Assembly: GCA_964399865.1 (NCBI GenBank) | Contig: CAYNRJ010000002.1 | Span: forward strand, 161,108-225,107 | Length of the DNA stretch: 64,000 nt | Source: an uncultured Candidatus Saccharibacteria bacterium | GTDB taxonomy: Bacteria > Patescibacteriota > Minisyncoccia > Phycocordibacterales > UBA2100 | Reading direction: 5' to 3' | Shown here: in pieces, positions 39,874-49,972 of the stretch | Numbering within the stretch: the first letter of the stretch is position 1 | Layout: every line of letters begins with the position of its first letter | Position numbers and translations under genes: made by a program | Notes under the pieces: model-generated | What the model was told of the DNA's origin: nothing | Seen by the model: only the letters and a program-made list of their open reading frames with translations | Database searches by the model: none

Positions 39874-40281
39874 ATGAACACTTAGATAAAATTCAACAAA
39901 AAAGTCGCTGTCACAGTAATCTTAGCTATTCTACTTTTTGTTTTCGGTTGGTATGTTGTCAACGATAAAAACATGGCTCAAAGAGTTGATGGTCAGGACG
40001 AAAGTACAGTTATCAATACACAGCCAGAAGTAAAATCTTATACGCTGGCCGAAGTCGCCACACATAATTCTGAGACAGATTGTTAGATGGCAATCGAGGG
40101 CAACGTCTACGATGCGACTAAATTTATTCCCAGTCATCCTGGAGACAAGGCTATTCTCAACGGATGTGGGAAAGACGCGACCGTGCTTTTTCACGAACGA
40201 CCTACAAACGATAGGGGACCTCACCCCGCACAGGCAAAAGCCGCTCTTGATCAGTTTTATATAGGTGAGCTAAAACAGTAA
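39874..40281 (+). pseudogene. Membrane-anchored cytochrome b5-like heme protein, disrupted
   Basis: YTLAEVATHNSETDC*MAIEGNVYD...HPG; TAG at 40084-86 replaces conserved Trp, second TAG at 39883-85. Confidence 0.85.
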
Positions 40282-40434
40282 ATTGCCATAGTGTCTGTTT
40301 GGGGTGAATGGTACGTACTATCTCAACAAAAAGCTCAATTCTTGTTGGGAATAAAAAAGGTATAAAAACCCTTTATCTTAAGCCATTGTATGGAGTTGAA
40401 AATGGCGGGTTAGCTTTGGTAAAATTAAGAATCC

Positions 40435-41610
40435 ATGAATTCAATAATTCCGTTCGTGATCGGGGGTATCCTAATGGCCACCATCCCCCTCGTAAGTGGA
40501 AAAATATTAACAAACGAATCAAAGCAAGAGGTACAAGCACAGGAAAATGCAAGTACTGAACAGAAAGAGGTCGCCGAGTACGAAATCAAGCCCGGCGACA
40601 CTTTTGCAAATATATTAGGGTCTTTCAAAGTGCCTTATGATCAGGCATTAGCAATCATGAATTCCTCAAAAGAGGTGTTCGACTTTACCAAGATTCAAGC
40701 CGGCAGGGTTATTAAGCTGGTATTTATAAATGAGGCGTTCGCGGCTGTTGAGTATCCGCTCACGAGCGAAACTATAGTTATCGTTGTTAAGGATCAGGAT
40801 ACCTTCAAAGCAACAACAAAGCCCATTCCATACGAGTTACAGAACGTAGCCGCCAACGGAACTATTGCCGATTCGCTCTTTGTTGCCGCTCAAAATGCGG
40901 GCATTGAGGATAAGATCACTATGGAGCTTGCCGATATCTTTTCAAGCGATATCGACTTTGCGACTGACATCCGCGATGGTGATTCATTTTCGGTTGTCTA
41001 CCAAAAACGTTCGTTAGACGGCAAGGATGCTGGAGCTGGAAATATACTAGCGGCTCGATTCACAAACGATGGCACGACATACACCGCATTCCGTTATAAC
41101 GATGAATTTTATGATGCTGAAGGAAGATCACTCGCACGTCAGTTTCTTAAATCTCCTCTTAACTACGCTCACATAAGCTCCGGATACAGCTATCAGCGGA
41201 CGAATCCGGTAACCAAACAAGTAACTCCTCACCGAGCGATCGATTATGCCGCCGACGCAGGTACACCGGTCATTGCCACTGCTGATGGAAAAGTAACAAC
41301 GGCAGGATCAAAGGGTGGATTAGGTATTACCGTGGAGTTGAAGCATGGCAATTATCTCACGCAATACGCGCACCTTTCAAAGATCGCTAAAGGCATTAAA
41401 AACGGTGCTGATGTGGTTCAAGGTGATGTTATCGGCTATGTAGGATCGACGGGTATATCAACGGGCCCGCATCTGCAATATGCGATGTTCGAAAATAGCA
41501 ATCCCATAAACCCTCAAACTGCTGATTTCCCGCGAGGAGATTCACTGGCAGATTCAGAAAAGGAGAATTTCACTGCGACCAAAAATAAACTTCAAGGTCT
41601 ATTTAAGTAG
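40435..41610 (+). CDS. M23 family peptidoglycan endopeptidase (MepM-like)
   Basis: HRAIDY, YAHL, STGPHL. Confidence 0.92.
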   Translation: MNSIIPFVIGGILMATIPLVSGKILTNESKQEVQAQENASTEQKEVAEYEIKPGDTFANILGSFKVPYDQALAIMNSSKEVFDFTKIQAGRVIKLVFINEAFAAVEYPLTSETIVIVVKDQDTFKATTKPIPYELQNVAANGTIADSLFVAAQNAGIEDKITMELADIFSSDIDFATDIRDGDSFSVVYQKRSLDGKDAGAGNILAARFTNDGTTYTAFRYNDEFYDAEGRSLARQFLKSPLNYAHISSGYSYQRTNPVTKQVTPHRAIDYAADAGTPVIATADGKVTTAGSKGGLGITVELKHGNYLTQYAHLSKIAKGIKNGADVVQGDVIGYVGSTGISTGPHLQYAMFENSNPINPQTADFPRGDSLADSEKENFTATKNKLQGLFK

Positions 41611-41631
41611 GCAGGTTTTCCACATATTGAT

Positions 41632-41660
41632 TTGACTCTATACCCCCTAGGGGGTATACT
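41632..41660 (+). promoter_or_regulatory. Promoter with overlapping CsoR operator
   Basis: TTGACT-17-TATACT with perfect palindrome TATACCCCCTAGGGGGTATA (41639-41658). Confidence 0.9.
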
Positions 41661-41668
41661 TGTTGTAT

Positions 41669-41944
41669 ATGAAATACATGGACGAAAAAAGTAAGGCGAA
41701 GGTGGTTCGCCGACTCAAGCTTCTTGAAGGCCAAATTCGGGGGCTTCAAAAAATGGTTGATGCTGACACCTATTGCATAGATGTGATTACCCAAACATCA
41801 GCAGTAAAACAGGGGTTGTCGAATGTCGAAGACCTGCTCCTTGAGAATCATCTGGAGCACTGTGTGCATAATCAGATGCATTCCGGTCAGGCGACGAAAG
41901 CAAAGAACGAAATTATCAAAGTGTATAAGCTCAAACGAAAATAA
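41669..41944 (+). CDS. csoR: Copper-sensing repressor CsoR
   Basis: RL..LEGQIRG..KM...YC.D...HL.HC (Cys-His-Cys ligands). Confidence 0.92.
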   Translation: MKYMDEKSKAKVVRRLKLLEGQIRGLQKMVDADTYCIDVITQTSAVKQGLSNVEDLLLENHLEHCVHNQMHSGQATKAKNEIIKVYKLKRK

Positions 41945-41949
41945 TTTAT

Positions 41950-44262
41950 ATGGTGACAACAAACACATACAAAGTTAGAGGGATGCACTGCGCGAGCTGT
42001 GTCACCCTCATCCAAAACAAAGTAGCGAAAGTACCCGGTGTCGAATCCGTATCGGTCGGGCTCGCTCAGGAAAAAGCAAAGGTTGTTTTTTCTGGTACGG
42101 TGCTTCCGGTCGAGTCGCTCAACAATGCGATTTCTCCGTTTGGCTATACCCTTGAGGATACTGCAAAGTCCGCAGCTGAAATGAACATGTCGGCCGAGGA
42201 TCACGCTCGCATGGATCACTCCGGAGCGAACGCTGGAGAAAGAAACATGGCCCTTGAAATGAAATTTGTGATCCCGATGGTCATTTTCTCGTTCGTTATG
42301 ATGTTTTGGGACGTGCTCTCCGACAATAGCATCATTCCTGCAATGCCCGAAACGATCTATGAAGCATTCCATCACCTCATGCCAATCTTTGCGACTTTTG
42401 TTCTCTTTGGTATTGGGCGCAGGTACATTAAAGCAACATGGATATTCTTGAAAACTGGCATCGCCAATATGGACGTGCTTGTTGGTATTTCCACTATTGT
42501 CGCCTTTTTATACTCTTTCGCCGTCACTGCTTTTGAAGCACCTCTCTCCCGTTTTGTAGATGTAAGTTCAAATTTTTACGATGTCGTCATCATTGTCATC
42601 GGTCTCATTGCACTTGGCCAGTTCCTTGAGGCGCGAGCAAAACGAAAGACCAACGAAGCTCTCCAGAAACTGGCGCAACTTACCAGCAAGTTTGCGGTAG
42701 TCGAACGGAACGGCAAGGAACTTGAAATACCGATTGAAAAAGTCGAGGTTGGCGATGTAGTGGTCGTTAAGCCGAATGAACGTATACCTGTCGACGGCAA
42801 GGTCGTATATGGCTCATCGAGCGTGGACGAATCCAACCTCACCGGAGAGTCGGTGCCTGTGGATAAGCTTTCTGGTGCCGCCGTGTTTGCTGGGACACAG
42901 AATTTTCAAGGACTTCTCAAGGTGCAGGTTGAAAAAGATATGAAGGATACCGCTCTCGCTCATATCATAACCATTGTTGATAACGCACAGAATTCAAAGG
43001 CTCCGATTGAGAAAATTGCCGATCGGATTTCTGGCTACTTCGTGTACATAGTGATCGTGATTGCGGTTATTACGTTTGCTTCGTGGATGATTTTTGGACC
43101 CGGAGCTTTTGGTCTTTCTAAAGCATTCGCTCTGGCCCTCTCAACTACGATGGCCGTCTTGGTAATTGCCTGCCCGTGCTCGCTCGGTCTTGCGACACCG
43201 ACCGCAATCATTACTGGCGTTGGTACCGGTGCCCGGCGCGGCATTCTCATCAAGAACGCGGAGAGTCTTGAAAAGCTCTCAAAGGTAAGTGCAATCGTGT
43301 TCGACAAGACCGGAACACTTACCGAGAACAAACTCTCGATCGAAGGTATTTATTGCAAGGACGAAAACCATATCTGTGACGTGGAGGATACCGCCTTCAA
43401 GCAGTCCCTCATTTACTCCATGACAAAATCCTCAAAGCATCCAGTTTCGGCAAGCATCGCAAGCTGGCTGAAGGATGCGAAAGCAAAAAGCGTCGCTATA
43501 TCGGATATCAAAGAAGTGCCCGGCAAAGGTCTTACCGCCTCGTGGAGCGGCATGACGTATTATCTCGGCTCAATTGCCTATGTGGGCGAGATAACGAAGC
43601 AGACCGAAAAACAGATCAGAAAAGATTTCCACGACGGACGATTCGAGAGCGGACGTGAACTCTATCTCTCGAATGACAAAGAGGTGCTGTCACTTGTAAA
43701 GATTCACGACACGGTTAAAGCTGAGGCGAAAACAGAAATTGCCAAACTGAAATCGCTCGGCCTCAAGGTTATTATGGCAACTGGTGATCACAAAAAGACC
43801 GGAGAAGCCGTAGGTCGCGAGCTTGGAATCGACGAAGTGTTTTCTGACGTAAAGCCGGAGAATAAATTGAACATAGTATCAGATCTGCAAAAACAAGGTT
43901 TCAAAGTGGCAATGATTGGAGACGGGGTGAACGACTCTCCGGCACTCGCACAAGCCGATGTTGCGATCTCAATGAGCGACGGATCAGATATTGCTATTGA
44001 AAGCTCGGACATCGTGCTTCTGAAGGGTGACATCGGCAAAGTAGCAGAAGCGGTCAATCTTGCAAAGAAAACCAACCGCACCATTTGGCAGAATCTCATA
44101 TGGTCATTCGGATACAATTCGGTTGGTATTCCGGTGGCCGCAGGAATCCTCTTTCCGTTTTATGGATGGACGCTTAGTCCGGCGATTGCAGGAGCAATTA
44201 TGGCATTCGAGAGCGTAACGGTCGTAATGAATTCACTTCGTCTTAAAAATGCCAAACTCTAA
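41950..44262 (+). CDS. copA: Copper-translocating P1B-type ATPase
   Basis: GMHCASC HMA, TGES, CPC, DKTGT, GDGVND, YN. Confidence 0.93.
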   Translation: MVTTNTYKVRGMHCASCVTLIQNKVAKVPGVESVSVGLAQEKAKVVFSGTVLPVESLNNAISPFGYTLEDTAKSAAEMNMSAEDHARMDHSGANAGERNMALEMKFVIPMVIFSFVMMFWDVLSDNSIIPAMPETIYEAFHHLMPIFATFVLFGIGRRYIKATWIFLKTGIANMDVLVGISTIVAFLYSFAVTAFEAPLSRFVDVSSNFYDVVIIVIGLIALGQFLEARAKRKTNEALQKLAQLTSKFAVVERNGKELEIPIEKVEVGDVVVVKPNERIPVDGKVVYGSSSVDESNLTGESVPVDKLSGAAVFAGTQNFQGLLKVQVEKDMKDTALAHIITIVDNAQNSKAPIEKIADRISGYFVYIVIVIAVITFASWMIFGPGAFGLSKAFALALSTTMAVLVIACPCSLGLATPTAIITGVGTGARRGILIKNAESLEKLSKVSAIVFDKTGTLTENKLSIEGIYCKDENHICDVEDTAFKQSLIYSMTKSSKHPVSASIASWLKDAKAKSVAISDIKEVPGKGLTASWSGMTYYLGSIAYVGEITKQTEKQIRKDFHDGRFESGRELYLSNDKEVLSLVKIHDTVKAEAKTEIAKLKSLGLKVIMATGDHKKTGEAVGRELGIDEVFSDVKPENKLNIVSDLQKQGFKVAMIGDGVNDSPALAQADVAISMSDGSDIAIESSDIVLLKGDIGKVAEAVNLAKKTNRTIWQNLIWSFGYNSVGIPVAAGILFPFYGWTLSPAIAGAIMAFESVTVVMNSLRLKNAKL

Positions 44263-44266
44263 CTTT

Positions 44267-45274
44267 ATGAAAACTTACACCTTACATGTTTCCGGCACTC
44301 ACTGTGCGGCATGCAAAATCTTTATTGAGGACACTTTGAATGAACAAATCGGTATCAATCGTGCCAACGTCGATTTAAAGCACGAAACCGTCTCAATCGA
44401 CACTACTCTCAATGAAAGCCAGCACAAACTTGCGGAGATATTGACTGAAAAAATAGAGCACAACGGCTATGCTCTTTCTGTTGAAAAGCAAGCTAAAGAG
44501 AGAAAAGATAACGGCATCATTTGGCAGGCATTGCCGATTGGCCTTGCGTTTCTCGCTCTCTTTTTCATAGTGCAAAAGTCAGGAATATTAAACTTTGGTC
44601 TGGGTGGCACGGTGACACCGGTAACCAGTTTTATCATCGGCCTCGTTGCCTCGGTTTCGAGCTGTCTTGCGGTGGTTGGAGGATTGGTACTCTCCCTTTC
44701 CGCCACAGTGTCTCAGGACAAAATAAGCGACGTAAAGCCGATGATGCTTTTTCATGGAGGACGGCTTGTAAGTTTTGCGGTACTTGGTGGTGTTCTCGGT
44801 GCTATCGGGAGTGCGATTGGAATAAGCTTTACGATCACCGCAATACTTGGAATCCTTGCATCAGTCGTGATGATTGTACTTGGACTTAACCTCGTAGGTG
44901 TGTTTCAGAAGAATGTGATCGCCTTGCCTTCCGGATTCTTTAGTTTCTTCCGCAAAGTGGAACATAAAACGATAGCTCCATTTCTTGTGGGTGTTGGGAC
45001 TTTCTTCTTGCCTTGTGGGTTTACTCAGGCGATGCAGGTTGCGGCGCTTTCAAGCGGTTCGTTTCTGTCGGGGCTACTCATCATGACGGCTTTTGCTCTT
45101 GGTACACTTCCAATGCTCGCGCTCCTGTCATTCGGTTCAGCATCATTCGCGCAATCAAAACACGCTCCGCTCTTTTTCAAATCAGCGGGGGTTGTCGTGA
45201 TTGGCCTTGGAGCATTTGCGCTTCTCGCAGGGCTTGCGGGACTGGGTGTAATTGATCCTTTATTTAACATATAA
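44267..45274 (+). CDS. HMA domain + DsbD-like/TauE membrane protein
   Basis: HCAAC HMA, SSCL..GG, LPCG, FALGT.P. Confidence 0.85.
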   Translation: MKTYTLHVSGTHCAACKIFIEDTLNEQIGINRANVDLKHETVSIDTTLNESQHKLAEILTEKIEHNGYALSVEKQAKERKDNGIIWQALPIGLAFLALFFIVQKSGILNFGLGGTVTPVTSFIIGLVASVSSCLAVVGGLVLSLSATVSQDKISDVKPMMLFHGGRLVSFAVLGGVLGAIGSAIGISFTITAILGILASVVMIVLGLNLVGVFQKNVIALPSGFFSFFRKVEHKTIAPFLVGVGTFFLPCGFTQAMQVAALSSGSFLSGLLIMTAFALGTLPMLALLSFGSASFAQSKHAPLFFKSAGVVVIGLGAFALLAGLAGLGVIDPLFNI

Positions 45275-45291
45275 TTTTATTAGTCAATTTT

Positions 45292-45681
45292 ATGCAAAAA
45301 AACACAATCATATCCATTATCATCAGCATTGCACTCGTCGGGGGGACTCTTTACTTTGTTTCCGACAGGTCGACTCCCTCGGGTACACAATCTCAGAATG
45401 TCGAGATTAGAGATGGCGTGCAGTATGTGACCGTAACCGCAAAGGGCGGTTATTCTCCTCGTACTACTCAACTCAAAGGAGGACTGCCGACTAAATTAGT
45501 AGTGAAGACAGATGGCACCTACGATTGTACTGCGTCGCTCATTGTTCGTTCAGTTGGATTCCAGAAAATATTGCAGCCGACAGGAGAGGAAATCATTGAC
45601 TTGGGCACTCCAAAATCTGGAGAGAAAGTTCAAGGGATATGCGGTATGGGAATGTATAACTTTGCGGTAAACTTTAATTAA
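45292..45681 (+). CDS. Cupredoxin-domain protein
   Basis: GGYSP, Cys, CGMGM copper motif, N-terminal anchor. Confidence 0.85.
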   Translation: MQKNTIISIIISIALVGGTLYFVSDRSTPSGTQSQNVEIRDGVQYVTVTAKGGYSPRTTQLKGGLPTKLVVKTDGTYDCTASLIVRSVGFQKILQPTGEEIIDLGTPKSGEKVQGICGMGMYNFAVNFN

Positions 45682-46101
45682 ATGATCTCAAGAAAACTAA
45701 AAATTATTTTCTTGATTGCCATTCCAGCCTTTATCATTCACGGTCTGGAAGAAATTCTTACAGGATTTTACAATACCGATTCACAGGTAGATTTTTGGCT
45801 TGGCAGTTTAAATTCTTTACCAACACCACAGGCGACTTTTATACTACTCCAAATTGCGATCGCAGTGATTCTAGTTATCGGCTATCTCTTATTACTTGGA
45901 CCTAAATGGCAATTGCGAGTAATGTTCATACCGGGCATTGTCTTTATCTACGAGTTGCATCATTTGTATAAAGCCGTCACTGTCGGTGGGTATTACCCAG
46001 GATTAGTCACCGCACTATTGCTCTACGTTATCGGGTTCCTTTTCTGGAGAGAATTATTGAAAAATGTTGTCGCAAGGACTGATGTAGCAAAAAGGAGCTA
46101 A
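45682..46101 (+). CDS. HXXEE-domain membrane protein
   Basis: HGLEE and YYPGL.TA motifs. Confidence 0.8.
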   Translation: MISRKLKIIFLIAIPAFIIHGLEEILTGFYNTDSQVDFWLGSLNSLPTPQATFILLQIAIAVILVIGYLLLLGPKWQLRVMFIPGIVFIYELHHLYKAVTVGGYYPGLVTALLLYVIGFLFWRELLKNVVARTDVAKRS

Positions 46102-46114
46102 GATAGCTTTAATT

Positions 46115-46528
46115 ATGAACCAGACTAAGATGTGTAAAAAGTGCAACGGCACGGAGTTGTATATGTTTGACGAAAATCATATACAAACATGCGATGCATG
46201 TTGCACTCACTCAGAAGGCTGGTGGAAGTTGGAGAAGCGTTACGGCAGTGACAACGGAAAATATGCCTGCAAAAGAGGGTGCGGGACGATAGCTGATAAA
46301 CCAACTCTGGCACAATCAATGACAAGACGCATGCCGAAGCCTCGGAGCGAAGAAGATCTCATGGAACTCACCAAAGAGGCTCTTGCCGATGTCCTCGGCC
46401 GAGAACCCACAAAGCAGGAAATTTTACGCGCTCACGCTGGCTTCAAACGCATGGCATTCATGATGTATGAACATTTGCAGCATCAAGAGAGGCAAAATAC
46501 CACGCCACAGGACGAACAGAATAGTTGA
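46115..46528 (+). CDS. Hypothetical protein with Cys-rich N-terminus
   Basis: CxxC...CxxCC...CxxxC. Confidence 0.55.
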   Translation: MNQTKMCKKCNGTELYMFDENHIQTCDACCTHSEGWWKLEKRYGSDNGKYACKRGCGTIADKPTLAQSMTRRMPKPRSEEDLMELTKEALADVLGREPTKQEILRAHAGFKRMAFMMYEHLQHQERQNTTPQDEQNS

Positions 46529-46567
46529 GTGTTTTTTACTAAGACACTGCCTCGTTAAAAAGAGTCT

Positions 46568-46780
46568 TTAAAAATCCATCAAGTCGTTCACTCTCAGACC
46601 GAGCGCTCGTGCGATCTTCTGCATATTTGTGAGAGTAATATTTTTCTCAGCCCGCTCAATCATTCCGATGTACGTTCTGTGGACGCCTGCAAGCTGGCCT
46701 AGTCGTTCTTGGGAAATACCCTTTTTGTCGCGCTCCTCGCGCACTCGCTTGCCAAATTTTTGGAGAATTTGCCTGTTCAT
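46568..46780 (-). CDS. XRE-family HTH regulator (R-M controller-like)
   Basis: SQE.L...AGVHRTYI..IER...N.TL. Confidence 0.9.
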   Translation of the reverse strand: MNRQILQKFGKRVREERDKKGISQERLGQLAGVHRTYIGMIERAEKNITLTNMQKIARALGLRVNDLMDF

Positions 46781-46805
46781 ACCTACACAAACAAGTGTAG
46801 GTAGT

Positions 46806-46923
46806 CGCTAACTTTGGTTCTACATACTATAGTTAGCGCACTGAATACGCACTAAGTCCAGACTGTTGGCAACTCCTCCCAGGCCCCTTCGCAAGGTCCA
46901 TAATGTATGCTAACTATAGTATG
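46806..46923. promoter_or_regulatory. Paired operator sites between divergent genes
   Basis: CATACTATAGTTAGC (46823-37) and exact inverse GCTAACTATAGTATG (46909-23). Confidence 0.7.
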
Positions 46924-46952
46924 CATTACCCGATAACACATTTATTAGCTTT

Positions 46953-47498
46953 ATGAGCCAAAAACGTTGGATAGTAGCATTGGCAATTGCAGTCCTTCTG
47001 GCAGCCTCTGGCGGCGCATACTACTGGTACACCGGCACTCCGCAGTACGCCCTTGGGCAAGTCAAGAAAGCGTACGAGACGCACGATACGGACCTTGCCT
47101 TCAAGTACATAGACTTCGATTCGGTATTTGACAGCTTCTGGTCTGACATCCAAAAGCAGTTAACCGAAGAGGCTACGAAAACCGAGAACGAATGGGAGGC
47201 ATTCGGGACGATGATCGGGCAAGGCATCGTTCAGAACATGAAACCAATGCTCAAGGATCGGCTTAAAACAGAATTGACCGATGCGGTCCGAAATACTGAG
47301 CAGGTCGAAGATAACAATCTGTCAAAGTTGGCAGAGACGTATTCACTCAGGCAGGAAGGCAAAATTGCCATTGTCGAAGGCGATAGCCCCCTGAAGCTGC
47401 ACCTTGAAAAGCGAAGTGAGCATCATTGGCGCGTTGTTGCGATAAAGGGCTGGACTGCGGACATGGGTTCGGAAGCGGCAACAACAACCGAACAGTAA
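46953..47498 (+). CDS. DUF2939-like membrane-anchored protein
   Basis: TM then TPQYAL...YIDF pattern. Confidence 0.65.
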   Translation: MSQKRWIVALAIAVLLAASGGAYYWYTGTPQYALGQVKKAYETHDTDLAFKYIDFDSVFDSFWSDIQKQLTEEATKTENEWEAFGTMIGQGIVQNMKPMLKDRLKTELTDAVRNTEQVEDNNLSKLAETYSLRQEGKIAIVEGDSPLKLHLEKRSEHHWRVVAIKGWTADMGSEAATTTEQ

Positions 47499-47499
47499 T

Positions 47500-48285
47500 A
47501 TGGCCCTCTTTACCTTCGTCAGTTCGTTTCTCGAAAAACGCAAAGGCCTCAAAGAGTATCAAGAATTACTCAATCGTTTCTTGAGCGATGGCGTTCTCTC
47601 AGACGATGAAAAACGACAGCTCAAAGATATGCAGACACAATTTGAGCTGTCCGACGATGACGTGCGAAAACTGCAGCAAATCGGTGCTTCAAATGCATTC
47701 AAACAAATCGCATCCGATGAGCGCATTACCGAAGACGAGAAAAAGTCGCTTGAGGCGATCGTTACTCACTTCGGGCTCGACTTTAAAGACATCTCGTTCG
47801 ATCAAAAAGCCTTTAACAAGTACTATACCCTCGCTCTCATCGAACAAGGCATTCTGCCCACCATCAAGGAAGGTAATCACGATCTCAATATCCTATTCAA
47901 AGACGGAGAGATTTTGCACTACGGTCAGTCCGCGACGCTTCGCAAACTCAAACGGGTCACCACGCGCGTCAATTACGGTGGTTTTACCGCCTCCATCAAA
48001 ATCACCAAGGGCGTACGATATCGCGCAGGAACTATCGGTGTTGGAGCACAAACAACGGAGACCCTCGCAGAAGAGGACACCGGCGGCTTCTACCTCACCA
48101 ATCAACGTGTCGGATACATCGGTAGCCGCAAGCATTTCTCACTGCCGTACAGTAAGATAGGTTCGTTCGAGCTGCGTTCCGAAGGTCTCTATATCTTCAA
48201 GGACGGCAAAGAAGTCCCGTACATTCTCACCATGGACGATTACGAAGTGCCGCTTGCCATCGTCTCCCATATCCTCAACGACTAG
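47500..48285 (+). CDS. Hypothetical protein (TerB-like repeats + PH-like C-terminus)
   Basis: DG.LSDDEK..L repeated twice; G.FYLTNQR. Confidence 0.6.
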   Translation: MALFTFVSSFLEKRKGLKEYQELLNRFLSDGVLSDDEKRQLKDMQTQFELSDDDVRKLQQIGASNAFKQIASDERITEDEKKSLEAIVTHFGLDFKDISFDQKAFNKYYTLALIEQGILPTIKEGNHDLNILFKDGEILHYGQSATLRKLKRVTTRVNYGGFTASIKITKGVRYRAGTIGVGAQTTETLAEEDTGGFYLTNQRVGYIGSRKHFSLPYSKIGSFELRSEGLYIFKDGKEVPYILTMDDYEVPLAIVSHILND

Positions 48286-48478
48286 TCCGACGTCTTTTGC
48301 TTTTCTTCCTAAATGGCAGTGACGGTTGGTTATGGTGTTTGGCAGACGCTTTTTCTATTTTCCGCAGCAGCTGTATGCACACGCCCAGGAGTCTCTGAAC
48401 GTATTTAATGTTCTCAATGTCCTCTGGGCGCATCACCCAAGGGATGACACAGAGGTCCGAATATGCCGAGTTGGCAAC

Positions 48479-49972
48479 TTAAAAGCGAGTATCCATCCGC
48501 AACGGATGCCAACTCTCGCCATCATCCCATCTGTTTGGACTGAGATCGATGACCAAAAATTGTGGTGCGCCTCGGTCGAATTGAATTGCGTGGTGAGCGA
48601 CGAGCGTGAACGCATCAACGAGGTCGTCGTGTCGTTCAACACCAAAGCCGACAATTTGGCGTATTAGTGCCTCTGCACCATGCCTTGGAAACTTGATCTT
48701 CCCGCTCTGGATCATCGCTGAGATAGAGATGAGGCGCGAGCGTTTGTCAGCGCTCACTTTGATGCCCTCCACGTTTAGAGCGTCATGTGTCAATTGGTCG
48801 ACTACCGCTTTTTGATACCCAACTTCTTCAACTAGAATATGTGAGGAGTATATTTTCTTGTTTGCGTCGCTGATATCTTTAATCTGTTTTATCGTCTCCG
48901 GAAAATTCATGCGCTTGTTGATGATGTTGGGAAGGATGTAGACGCAGAAATTTTCATCATGGCTAATGAGCGCACTCACCATCGCGGTATAGTCAGCGGT
49001 TTCCTTTTGAGAGATTGCCAGATCAACACCGGTGAATATGCCGTGATAGGTATCTCGCCGCTGGGGGAGCGCATCGTAGTAGTGGATCCATGTTTTCTGT
49101 ATAACCTGATCTTCGTCGGGGACGATTCGTAGGAGATACTCTCGTTGCCAGGCATACTCGTTGCCACTTTTCATTTTCTCCTCGGCGATAGCTTCCTGCG
49201 TAGGGTACTTACCTGGCCAGGCAACAGCACCTTCGGTCGTTAACAGTGGGAACATTTTGAAGATTCCATTACGCTGCCCCTCATCGATATCTCGCCGTAG
49301 CCGCATGACCAAAGAATCTTCGTGTAGAAGATTGCCCACCACTACAAACCGGGTACCGCGATCACCGAGTGGCATCACTTCGCCGCAAAGCCAGTTATAT
49401 ATCTTTTGCCGATTCTCGTACGTTTTGACCGACGCCATATCCTCAAGGTCGTCACAGATAATGAGGTCGGGACGGTGCTGGTTGTGGCGAAGACCACGAA
49501 TACTTTGCTCAGTCGAGACCGCCATGATTTTTGCTTTCAGTTGCGGAAACACTAAAGCCGAAGCACCCCACTCACCGTTTTCTTCTTGAAAGGGTCCGAG
49601 GTCGTTGCGTAGCAAACTATTGCTCTCTAATTCGCGCTTCAAGTTAATGAGGTGTTGCTTGGCTTGAGTCTGCGTTTGGCAGATGATAAGCACGAATTTC
49701 TTTTGTTGCACGCCGAGCATGGCCCAGAGGGAGTATGAAAAGGTAACAAGGGTTGATTTACCGGAACCGCGAAAAGCGACAATGACCACGAGCTTGTTCG
49801 CACTATCTTCGGTAATGCGAAATATGTCCTTTTGGAATTCAGCTATGGGATACGTGACGTAGTGGGAGAAATACACGTAAAAGAACATGAGATGACTCTC
49901 GCGGGTCACCGTGCGTCTCACTAAACGATCCCGTGCGATCGCCTCGAATGTTACGGTATCATTCGTTTCCAT
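48479..49972 (-). CDS. Phage terminase large subunit
   Basis: Walker A FRGSGKST, Walker B IICDD, GVDLA, HDDLVDA nuclease motif. Confidence 0.9.
   Translation of the reverse strand: METNDTVTFEAIARDRLVRRTVTRESHLMFFYVYFSHYVTYPIAEFQKDIFRITEDSANKLVVIVAFRGSGKSTLVTFSYSLWAMLGVQQKKFVLIICQTQTQAKQHLINLKRELESNSLLRNDLGPFQEENGEWGASALVFPQLKAKIMAVSTEQSIRGLRHNQHRPDLIICDDLEDMASVKTYENRQKIYNWLCGEVMPLGDRGTRFVVVGNLLHEDSLVMRLRRDIDEGQRNGIFKMFPLLTTEGAVAWPGKYPTQEAIAEEKMKSGNEYAWQREYLLRIVPDEDQVIQKTWIHYYDALPQRRDTYHGIFTGVDLAISQKETADYTAMVSALISHDENFCVYILPNIINKRMNFPETIKQIKDISDANKKIYSSHILVEEVGYQKAVVDQLTHDALNVEGIKVSADKRSRLISISAMIQSGKIKFPRHGAEALIRQIVGFGVERHDDLVDAFTLVAHHAIQFDRGAPQFLVIDLSPNRWDDGESWHPLRMDTRF

Noticed and set aside
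39874-40281. Stop-codon reassignment (TAG read-through) in the island
   Set aside because: TAG terminates normal genes (e.g. smc, lexA) and TGG encodes Trp in the same frame; pseudogenisation is simpler
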